Positions 8,831-18,500 of a stretch of 24,651 nt of DNA are shown piece by piece. The stretch comes from a virus (Duplodnaviria; Caudoviricetes), in the IMG/VR virus record IMGVR_UViG_3300008261_000547, positions 1 to 24,651 of that record. One strand, 5' to 3'. The number at the start of each line of letters is the position of its first letter. Positions within the stretch are counted from its first letter, which is position 1. Below the pieces are notes generated by a model that ran no database searches, was not told the origin of the DNA, and worked only from the letters and a program-made list of their open reading frames with translations. Made by a program: the position numbers and the translations under genes.

Positions 8831-10117
8831 ATGAAATTTGAATTTTCAACGACATTTAGTTCTTTAATCCGCCCTCTAGTATCTGAGGAAAAAGACAAAT
8901 ATCTATCGTTAGCCAGTTTAATTGATGTAGGGAATTTTATTCCTGAAGTTAATGCTGAGTCTAATATGGATCTTTTGCCAGTTGCTTTTAATGCTTGTGT
9001 TGTAAATCGCGTTAATAAAAATGGAGATGTAATTGATTCTTCTATTGCTACTGAAGTATACAAAAACTTCATTAACAAGCCTATTAATATTGAACACAAT
9101 CGCGCAAATGTTGTTGGAGTAATATTGTCAGCAGGATTTTCTGAGTTTGGAACTGATGCGCCTCTTACTGAAGAGCAAGTAAAGAATATTGAAAATGCTA
9201 CTATCATTTCTGACAAAGAAGAAATCGAAAAGATTAAAGGCAAGCTCACCGGATTCGGCGGCAGCGGAAGACTCAATGAAAACCAATTAATTTACCGTAA
9301 AATTAAAGGTCGAGTTCTTCCTCTTGGAGTTGGACTAACTGCTAATCCTGCTGCTGATGTAGTTGGCGTTAGTGTCAAAAAACCTGAATCCGAAGAAATA
9401 GTAGAGCAAAAAGCAGAAGAAATTTCACAAACATTGGAATCTAATGTAATTATCGAAAGAAAGAATATGAAAATATCTGAAGTATCTCAAATTACTGACG
9501 AGTTGCTCAAAGAAGCAACCGCTTCTTCTATCAGAGATTTTATTGGAGAGCAACTAAAAGAGGCTTCCGAGAAATTCACTGCTGAACAAAAAGCTAAAGA
9601 AGACGCAATCAAGAACGCCGAAGAGAAGTTCGCTAGTCTCTCTTCTGATTCTGAAAACCTAAAGAAAGAACTTGAGGCTCTCAAGCAATCTTTAGAAACC
9701 CTACAACAAGAAAAAGCTTCTAAGGAGAAGCAAGAACTATTCTCTTCCAGAATGGCTGGACTAGATGAAGAGTTCGATCTTGATACCGAAGATAGGGAAG
9801 TAATTGCTAACGATATCAGAGATTTGGATGAAGATTCTTTCGCCGCCTACAAGAAAAAGATGGGCGTTTTAATGAAGGAGAAGAATAAGTCTTACAAAGC
9901 CTCAAAGATGCCAAAAGAAGAGAAGAAAGAAACTATGGCTACTGAGACTCAAGAGACTGTTGCTTCTACCGAAAATGCTACTGTCGTTGATGACGCTATT
10001 AGCAACGGAACTCAGCAAAATGATGTAATCACTGCTGGCGTTGTTAATCCTTCAAAGACTTTAAAGCAAAAATATCAATCAGCTTTTAATGACGAAGGCT
10101 TCGTTATTACAAAATAA
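8831..10117 (+). CDS. Prohead protease / scaffold fusion
   Basis: N-terminal NKNGDVID...FINKPINIEH...VVGVI and GLTANPA are protease-like. The C-terminal half is a charged coiled coil. Lies before the decoration and MCP genes. Confidence 0.75.
   Translation: MKFEFSTTFSSLIRPLVSEEKDKYLSLASLIDVGNFIPEVNAESNMDLLPVAFNACVVNRVNKNGDVIDSSIATEVYKNFINKPINIEHNRANVVGVILSAGFSEFGTDAPLTEEQVKNIENATIISDKEEIEKIKGKLTGFGGSGRLNENQLIYRKIKGRVLPLGVGLTANPAADVVGVSVKKPESEEIVEQKAEEISQTLESNVIIERKNMKISEVSQITDELLKEATASSIRDFIGEQLKEASEKFTAEQKAKEDAIKNAEEKFASLSSDSENLKKELEALKQSLETLQQEKASKEKQELFSSRMAGLDEEFDLDTEDREVIANDIRDLDEDSFAAYKKKMGVLMKEKNKSYKASKMPKEEKKETMATETQETVASTENATVVDDAISNGTQQNDVITAGVVNPSKTLKQKYQSAFNDEGFVITK
9467..10117 (+). 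CDS. Putative nested in-frame scaffolding protein (MKISEVSQ...)
   Basis: In-frame ATG (codon 213) at the domain boundary, in AAAGAAAGAATATG context, with TGTAATTA at 9445. Confidence 0.5.
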   Translation: MKISEVSQITDELLKEATASSIRDFIGEQLKEASEKFTAEQKAKEDAIKNAEEKFASLSSDSENLKKELEALKQSLETLQQEKASKEKQELFSSRMAGLDEEFDLDTEDREVIANDIRDLDEDSFAAYKKKMGVLMKEKNKSYKASKMPKEEKKETMATETQETVASTENATVVDDAISNGTQQNDVITAGVVNPSKTLKQKYQSAFNDEGFVITK

Positions 10118-10146
10118 ACAAAACAAATAAATAATAGGAAAATACT

Positions 10147-10579
10147 ATGGCATATTCATCTACTAAAAGATTAATTAAACCATTTCGCGGTTATGGTGAG
10201 CATGAAGTTATCAACATGTTCGCTTTCGATCTCGAAACTGTAAACAAGGGAACTTTCGTTAAGGTTCTCGGAAACGGTTGGAAAAATACCGATGATGTTC
10301 TAAACATTACTTCAGCTACTGCTGTTGGAGCTTCTTACTCTAACGTAGTTTCTGATCGCTATTCAACCACTGCTCGCGTCACTACCGCTGGTACTGGCGA
10401 TGCTAACAAGGTCGTTGGAATGCTTCTTAATGACGTTCGTGAAACAGACGAAAACGGCGAGAAGCTAATCTTCAATCCTCGCAAGGAATGCCGCTATTCA
10501 CGGTTCTTACGTCAAAGTTGGAACTTATCTAGGTTCTGCTGATGATGATGGTTATGCATTACTAAACCTCGACCTATAA
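10147..10579 (+). CDS. Head decoration/cement protein, frameshifted near 10486 (0 frame stops at 10542; apparent C-terminus in +1 frame to 10579)
   Basis: Sits between scaffold and MCP. After FNPRK the 0 frame becomes atypical, while the +1 frame reads NAAIHGSYVKVGTYLGSADDDGYALLNLDL followed by TAA TAA. Confidence 0.7.
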
Positions 10580-10615
10580 TAACCAATAACTTAACTAACT
10601 AATTAATATACTAAT

Positions 10616-11761
10616 ATGAGACTTAAATTAAAAAATACGCCAGAACAAGTAGAGCTAATCAAAAAGGTTGGTTCTCGCAATGTCGTTGAGTCTGCCGAGG
10701 CTATGGAAGCTTTGGCCGCTTTCGTCGGACCAGTAATTCAAAAGGTTCTCGCTCAAGCTGGTACTGCCAGCATGATTTATAGAGACATGGAGTATAACGA
10801 AGACGATAGTCCTTCTTATCCTCTTGACCTCTATTACAACGAGGCTGCTGGTCTAGTTTCCGTCTGGGCTCAAAATGTCGCTGGTGGCTTGCCCTCCAAC
10901 TACATGGATCAACCAGTTCAAGAGTTGAAGATCGCTACCTATCGTCTTGACTCTGCCGTTTCCTTCAACAAGAAGTACGCCCGTAAAGCTCGTCTCGACG
11001 TAGTTAGCGGAGCTTTGGATCGTATGGCTCAAGAGGTTCTTGTTAAGCAAGAGCGCAATGCTTGGGCTGTTATTCTAAAGGCTCTTGGTGCTGCTGCTAC
11101 CAAGGATGGCCGTTCAGTTTCTTACTCCGCTTCTGGTGCCCTCAAGCACCTTATTGCTCCAACTGGCGGTGCAAGAGCTTTCGATATGGGATGTTTGAAT
11201 GACTTGATTCTCCGCTTTAAGAGAATTAACGTTTCATTCGCTGGTGGTACTCCTTCTGATGCTTCTGCTCGCGGATTGACCGATCTCTTTATTAGCCCTG
11301 AAATCAAGGCCAAGATTCGTTCTTTCTCATTCAATCCTCTCTTCGCAGTTTCTGGTACTACTCAAACCCAATTGTCTGAAGACGTTCGTACTGAGATCTA
11401 CAGAGGCGGCGGAATGGAGAGCTTGTTCGGTATTAATATTGTCGAACTCGTTGAACTCGGTAAGAGCCAAAAGTATAACACCTTGTTTGACTCTTTCGAC
11501 GTAACCACATATCCTGACATCAATGGTGCTAACGCCATTACCTTCGCCACTGCTTCTCATGACCTCTCAATTGGTCTTGACTTGAGCCGTGATGCATTTA
11601 TCCGCCCAGTCGCTACAAACGCTGAGAGCGGTGGACAACTCAGCGTTCTACCTGATGATCAATTCGTTTCTCGCGCCGAGAAGACTGGCTTCTACGGCTT
11701 CTTGGAAGAGGGTCGTATTTGTATCGACGCTCGCGCTATCGGTGGTGTTATTACCAACTGA
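10616..11761 (+). CDS. Major capsid protein (probably HK97 fold)
   Basis: 381 aa, follows scaffold and decoration genes. Codon usage suggests high expression (many TTC/AAC/GAG/CGT). Followed by a strong terminator. Confidence 0.85.
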   Translation: MRLKLKNTPEQVELIKKVGSRNVVESAEAMEALAAFVGPVIQKVLAQAGTASMIYRDMEYNEDDSPSYPLDLYYNEAAGLVSVWAQNVAGGLPSNYMDQPVQELKIATYRLDSAVSFNKKYARKARLDVVSGALDRMAQEVLVKQERNAWAVILKALGAAATKDGRSVSYSASGALKHLIAPTGGARAFDMGCLNDLILRFKRINVSFAGGTPSDASARGLTDLFISPEIKAKIRSFSFNPLFAVSGTTQTQLSEDVRTEIYRGGGMESLFGINIVELVELGKSQKYNTLFDSFDVTTYPDINGANAITFATASHDLSIGLDLSRDAFIRPVATNAESGGQLSVLPDDQFVSRAEKTGFYGFLEEGRICIDARAIGGVITN

Positions 11762-11781
11762 TTAAAAGCTCTCTCAGTTTT

Positions 11782-11812
11782 AACCCCAGAGGTAACCCCT
11801 CTGGGGTTTTTT
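11782..11812 (+). terminator. Rho-independent terminator
   Basis: Perfect 11-bp stem AACCCCAGAGG / CCTCTGGGGTT followed by a T run. Confidence 0.9.
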
Positions 11813-11814
11813 AT

Positions 11815-11843
11815 TTTACATTTTTATTTATATATAGTATTAT
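11815..11843 (+). promoter_or_regulatory. sigma70-like promoter (TTTACA-17 nt-TATTAT)
   Basis: -35 box at 11815-11820 and -10 box at 11838-11843, each 5/6 match to consensus, with a 17-nt spacer. Confidence 0.5.
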
Positions 11844-11848
11844 AAGGT

Positions 11849-12205
11849 ATGGCTAAAAAGAAGAAGCAAGCATTAGAAGACATGAGTCAAACTCATGCTC
11901 AAGTTGAAGAAAAGCACTACCAAACTCTTGACCAGATTCTTGGTGATGCTGGTTCAGACAAGTACGGTACTTTTAACGAGGATGAATATTGGAGTCAACT
12001 AAATGCTATGACTAAGAGCGATCTTCAAAGTCATGCAGTCAAAATGAATCTTCTCCCAGTTGATAATATGAAAATGCTGAGAGAAAGACTTTTGAATGAA
12101 TTTCGACGCCATAATAATTCTTATCTAAAAGTGTCCGGTACAAAGAAAGTTTTGGACAACGACATTTCTGATGCAGCCAAAAGAATTTTAGCCGAAGGAA
12201 GATAA
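11849..12205 (+). CDS. Hypothetical protein with Rho-N/HeH-like helical motif
   Basis: LNAMTKSDLQSHAVKMNL...MLRERLLNEF. Basic N-terminus. Confidence 0.65.
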   Translation: MAKKKKQALEDMSQTHAQVEEKHYQTLDQILGDAGSDKYGTFNEDEYWSQLNAMTKSDLQSHAVKMNLLPVDNMKMLRERLLNEFRRHNNSYLKVSGTKKVLDNDISDAAKRILAEGR

Positions 12206-12216
12206 TATATAATCAT

Positions 12217-12441
12217 ATGGAACAGACTAATCAACAGCCACCACAGCAGCCTCCATCCGTCAAGGACTTGCCAGATCCTACGCCGCAAATTGCGCTAAAC
12301 ACTTTTGTAGGTCTAGCTCGTCAGAGCCGATTGAGTTATGATGAGCATGTGTACCTTGATAAGTGTACTGCGGCTCTTCAGGGTGTACTCAATAACACTC
12401 AAGCTCCTGAGATTCCTCCATTCCCAAAGATGCAGGTCTGA
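12217..12441 (+). CDS. Small P/Q-rich hypothetical protein
   Basis: 74 aa, with a helical core flanked by proline-rich ends. Followed by a terminator. Confidence 0.65.
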   Translation: MEQTNQQPPQQPPSVKDLPDPTPQIALNTFVGLARQSRLSYDEHVYLDKCTAALQGVLNNTQAPEIPPFPKMQV

Positions 12442-12467
12442 AATATCAGATAAAATATTAGAAACGC

Positions 12468-12508
12468 AATCTTTAGCTCTCGATTTTTAGGGGGCTAAAG
12501 ATTTTTTT
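12468..12508 (+). terminator. Rho-independent terminator
   Basis: Stem AATCTTTAGCTCTC / GGGGGCTAAAGATT with G-U pairs, followed by a T run. Confidence 0.8.
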
Positions 12509-12526
12509 GTGTAATTAATAATAAGG
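12509..12526 (+). promoter_or_regulatory. Putative late promoter GTGTAATTAATAATAAGG
   Basis: Directly after the terminator and before the giant fibre gene. Near-identical to the 3259 motif. Confidence 0.6.
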
Positions 12527-12540
12527 TATAAGGTTTCCAA

Positions 12541-15500
12541 ATGGCTCAATTCGCTATAGATGAAATTCTCACAACGGGAATTCAAATTTCTGGTTTTATA
12601 TTTGACCGTTCTTACGGTTTAGGAACTGCTGGTCAAGTTTTGACATCTACGTCTTCTGGCGTAATGTGGCAAGCGGATTCAAGTATCATTGATTTGTCTG
12701 CATTAAGTGGACAAATTGTTTCTACTGGAGCCTTATTAAATAATAGAATTAATTCTCTTAGTGGGTATGTTAATGAAACTTTTGTTTCTGGATCTGGAAC
12801 ACAATATTATGTCCCTCGTTGGAATACATCGAAAGAATTAGTTACTGGAAGCATTTATGATAATGGCTTCGTTGGAATAGGCATAACTAATCCATCAGGT
12901 CAACTACACTTGAGAAACATGGGATTTACTAACCAATCAGGAATTGCTGATTCTAATACATTTCCAAATGCTACTGGAGTTTTTGGTTTAGTAATGGATC
13001 ATAATGCTTATACAAATGGTTTGTATAGGCATAGATTTATAAAAGTAGATCGTTCTTCAAACCTACCTTTATATTTACAACAAGCAGGAGGTGTTGCTAA
13101 TCAGTATATAAATCTAGTAAGATTTGGTACTCATTCTCAGTCTACTAATACTTTTGAAGTATTTGGTGATTCAAAAATAAATGGTACTACTGATATAACA
13201 TCGAATTTACTAGTAGCTGGTAACGTTGGAATTGGCTCAAATGCACCTACTGATTTTCTAGATTTTGGTGGAGTAGGAGGAAAGAATATTGTTTTTAATT
13301 ATGCGGCTTATGGTGAAGGTAGAAATAGTTTAGCCTCAATTATTGGTAATAACGTAAAAGCATCTCCTACAGGACATTCTTTAGTTCGCCGTTTTAAAAA
13401 TGCAACTGATGAGGGTAATTTTATAAAGTTAATTTATAATAAGGGCGTTACTTTTCATACTAATATAACTTCTGCTTTAAATACTGATATCTCTGAAGAT
13501 ACGAATGAAAGAATGCGCATCAATCTAAGTGGTAATGTCGGCGTAGGCACAACAAATCCTACTGTTAGATTGCATGTTATAGGAAGTTCTATAATTACAA
13601 ATCCAAGTCCATCTGCAAATTCTGCCGTGCTTTTAGTTCAAGATAACGGTACGGCTACAACGGTAACTTCTGGAGCTACACTCAGAGTTGTAAATGACGG
13701 GAGTTCAGCAAACTATTCTGTATTTGAAGCGTCATCTGCCGTATCTAATTTTGTTATTTTAAATAATGGCAACATAGGTATAGGTACGACAAATCCTGCT
13801 GTAAAATTACATATAGAAAATTCTGGTACAATATCAAGTATTGCTACGGTTAGACTAGTAGGAAGTACGGGAAATAATGCAGGTTCTCAAATAGAATTTT
13901 ATAAGGCGCAAACTCCAAAAGCTGCTATTGGATTAGCTTCTGCTGTTACTGGTGGTCTTTCTGACGATTTACTTTTGCTTTCAACTAATCCTAATTCAAT
14001 TGTTTTGGTTGCTGGATTAAGCGGTTTAGCGGAAGACACAATTAAAACAGATGGCTCTTTAGTAGTTGCTGTAAATGCAACTTTTGCTGGTAATGTTGGC
14101 ATAGGGCTAACTAATCCTGCTGTTAAATTAGATGTCTCTGGTGGAAATGCTAGGTTTTCTGATTATATAATTATTGGAGAAGATTTGGCTTATCCTTCAA
14201 ATACAGGTAGTGCTTATTTAGGGTATTCTACTAGCCCAGCTTCTAGTCCTCAGTCTAATTTAGAATTAATAGATGCATTATCTAATGCTATTGGTGTTAA
14301 TGATCCATTAAGGTTTAGAGCAACTATTAGCGGTCAGTATTTTTCTGGAAATAACTGGTATGCAGATCCAGCGCCTTTATCATATGGTACTTTATTAAAT
14401 GGTAACGCAAATTCATATTTAGACCTAGTAACTTCATCAGAATATTCTGTTGGAATTTCTGGAAAACGATTTGTTGTAGATCAAGGTACTAGCTATACAA
14501 GACCAAATTTTATACTTTTAAATACTGATTGGAATCAATCTTTCTGGGGTTTTAAATTAAACGTAGAGAATAGTAATGATTTAATAAATTGGACTAATTG
14601 CATAACAGAACAGGCTTTCTCAACCAATAACACAAAGGGAACAATTGCTTTAAGTATTGCTAATTCAATTCAAGGCGGTGGTGCTTCAAGATATTTTAGA
14701 TTTTCATTTGTTGCAAATCAGATTATTAGCGCTGGCGCATTAAGAGTAAATAAAATCAGATCTTTAGGAAATCAAAATTACAGTTCTACTATTCCTGTTT
14801 CTACTTCTGTTGCTGGTAATTTAATTGCTTCTGTTGGAATTATTTCTCCAACTATTACTTCTTTAAGTGGAAACCTTGCCGCCACTGGTTCGGTTCTTGA
14901 TACGAAGATTAACACTCTGAGTGGTTACTCAAACAGTACCTTTGCGACGATAACGAACCTAGCTGCTACCGGCTCTACCCTTGACACGAAGATTAACACT
15001 CTGAGTGGATATGCAAATAGTACTTTCCTTTCTGGAGTTGGAGTATCCAACTATGTCCCTCGTTGGAGCGGTACCAAACTATTAGTTACTGGCAGTATTT
15101 ATGACTTAGGAACTGGAATCGGAATAGGCACAATAAGTCCCGGTACTAAATTAGATGTAGTAGGCGCAGTGACAATGCCGGTAATTAGACAAAGCACAAC
15201 GTTATACGCTGGCACAGATATCATTGATGACAATTCAACTAGAACTGTATATTTCAATATACCTGAAGGCGGTAATAATCCAGCAAGATATTTTAAAGTA
15301 GCAAGAATAAAAATTAATGCAAATTACCAAAATGTTAGTTTGAATGGGTATTTTACAACTACTAATTCTGCACTTCATGTAGGTTTTGAGAGAAAAGTTG
15401 AATTTGATTTTATTGCCTATGCGGCTACTAATCCCGGCGCTCCACAAGTAACCTACCTAAAAAGAGGTCCAGACACTACAAACGTTTTAGTTTATGCAGT

Positions 15501-18500
15501 GCCAGATGGTGGTGGTGCAGGAACAACTTATTATGATGTATATATTAAAAATGGTTGGTACAATGACACAAATGGAGAGTTAGCTATTAGAGTAGGTTAC
15601 TCATCGGCAGTAACTGTTTGGCAAGCTGGGTTAGACAGCGGGACTTCTGCACCTGTTGATACTTTGGTAAATCCAAATTCAAACTATGCTTTTGATACAG
15701 CAGGTAATGTCGGCGTAGGCACAACAAATCCTACTGTTAAATTACATGTGGTAGGAAATGGATTACTAACAAATACATCTGCTATTGATTTAAGAATTGA
15801 TGCGTCAAGCTTAGGCAATGCGTCTCTTACTATTGATAGGCAAACTACAGCAGCCGAATCTAAAATTTTATTATTAGATGCAAATATTTCACAGTGGGGT
15901 ATTGCTGCTAAAGCACTTAGTAATAATTTTGTTATACGAGATGCAGATTCAACAGAGCGATTTACTATTTTAAAAACAAATGGCAACATAGGTATTGGTA
16001 CTACTAATCCAATTACTAAATTTCATGTCTATGAAGCGACAAATGGAAATAATTGGGGATTATTTGCAGGTAATGTAGGAGCTACGTTACCAAGTGCGTA
16101 TACTTATGGAGTTTTAATAGGTTCAAATTATAGTAATGGATTTAGTGAATCTAATATAGTTTGGGGCAATGGCATTTCTTCTAATCAATATTTTGCAATA
16201 GGAAGAGGTTCTGGAAGTGGTTTCTATTCAGAGCAATTAAGAATTGATGTTAATGGTGATGTTGGTATAGGTAATACTAATCCAACTACTCTCCTATCAG
16301 TTGGCAGCGCAGGTTCCACTTCTGCTGCAAGTGGTATAACTTTTGGTGGAGACTCTACTGCTAATTTATATAGATCAGCAGCGGGAACTTTAAAAACGGA
16401 TGGTAGATTGAATATAGTAGGAGATGCTGACGACAGCACTCCTGATTTATTTTTTAATGGCGCTGGTGGATTTGGAAGCGCAGCAGGTCAAGTAAGAGCT
16501 TGGTCTCCAAATAACACTACTTTGTCTTGGTACTGGGATAATACTCAATTTACTTATAATAATTTTCCAGTTAGAGTAGTTAATGCTTCTTCTGTTGTTA
16601 GAGTCTACTTCGCTCCTTCTTCAGATTCTTATATTAACAATGCTTCAAATTTTGGCATAGGAACAAACGCCCCCGGAACTAGATTAGACGTAAGATTCCC
16701 AACAAATCCTGCAACTGATAACGGAGCAGGAAACAATGTTTTAAGAGTATGGACTACTGCTGGATATGCAGCAGATGTTGGAGGAGCAATTGGTTTGGGC
16801 GGAGAATATAGCGGCGGTCTTCTTCAGTCATTTGGGCAAATTGCTGGTCGTAAATCCAACGGCATATCAGGAAATAATGCAGGTTATTTACAATTCGCTA
16901 CTACTAATAATGGTGGCACGATGAGCGAATGGATGCGTATTGATGCTGGCGGAAACGTTGGTATAGGCACGACAAATCCAGTTACGTTGCTTACAGTTGG
17001 AAGTACTACTACTACAACTTCTTCAATGACTTTGCAAGGTGAATATCAATCATCTACATTTAATAATACAAATATATTTAATTTTAGACATGGTGGATTT
17101 GATAGATGGAGATTGTTGACAACTCAAAATTCAGCAGCGAGTAATGATTTTGATTTTAGTATTAATGCAATTAATGCGGCTGCAAATGGCTATAATACGT
17201 TTCTTACAATAAAAGGTTTAAATGGTAATGTTGGCATAGGAACTAACGTAACTCCTTTAAAATTAAATGTCAGTGGAAGTATTTATATGGCTGCTGGAAG
17301 TGGCAGCGCTATTTCTTGGGCTAACGATATTTCTTCTCAATTTTTAAAGTATGATTCGGTAACTGATGGAATGGTATTAAGTAGCTGGAATAACACTACT
17401 TTCTTAACTCAACAAACAGAAAGAGTAAGAATTGCTTCTAATGGAAATGTTGGTATAGGAATAACGGCTCCCACTAGCAAATTAAACGTAGTAGAGACAA
17501 CTCCAACGGGAACAAGAATTCAATTGGGAGCAAATACTGTAAGCGCTTACATGGATGCAAATAAAACGGTTGATTTGCTGATTTTAAATGCTCCATATGG
17601 AGGTAATCCTGCTACGACTTCAAATTTAGGTGCAAAATGGGGCATTAAATTTGTAGGTTCGCTTGAATCAAATCAAATTGATACAATTGGAAAAACATCT
17701 GCAATTTATGCTGTAAGCGAAGATGCTTTAGGATATAATCGAGGCACAAGTTTAGCTTTTTATACAAATCAACTTAATGATGTCGTTTACGCAGAAAGAA
17801 TGCGTATATATCATAATGGTAACATTGGTATCGGTATAACTAATCCTTCTAATAAACTTCATATATCTGGTGGTGGTATTTCTTTTACTACGTCTACGGG
17901 ATTAGCAGTACCAATGATTGGTATTGTCCTTCCTACAAATATTGCTTACATTGGGCCTTACACTACTACTACAGACGGTAATGCTCCAACTACAGTTGTT
18001 TTTAATCAAGGAGCTTCAGTTCAGCAATCTTGGTTTTATTCAAGCGGTAGAATTGCAATGGTCCTTAATAAGGAAGGTCGTTTAAATATAGCAGGAAATC
18101 TTAGCAATACTCCTCCAGCTTTATTAAATGTCGGTCCAGCTTCATCTGTTGATGCTGTAAGTGGAATGAGTTTTGGCAACGACTCTTCTGCAAACTTATA
18201 TAGAAGCGCTGCTTCTACAATTAAAACAGATGGCTCTTTGGTGGTTGTTGGTGCTGCGACTCTTGGACCAATAAATATAAATGGAGGAACATTGGGAGCT
18301 TCTCCAGTTAATATCGCTCTTACTGGATTTACTTATGCAGTTAATAATGGTAATGTTTCTCAAATAACTTTTGTAGAAAAACGTTTCGCTACAGGCGGAG
18401 ATTGGACGACTGCTACTACAAGAATTCAAAAGCGAGTTGACGTAACAGATCAAGCATATATTGAATTCAATCCAAGCGGGGCTCTTTATGGAATGGCTTT

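Noticed and set aside
4918-10548. Stop-codon reassignment (TGA read-through) as the cause of the truncated portal and decoration genes
   Set aside because: The portal TGA is followed two codons later by TAA. The decoration TGA is followed by two more TGAs and implausible sequence. TGA also ends intact genes (481, 11761, 12441), and long ORFs are open under the standard code.
12437-12450. Small inverted repeat TCTGA-AATA-TCAGA at the stop of the 74-aa ORF
   Set aside because: A 5-bp stem in a single copy is expected by chance.
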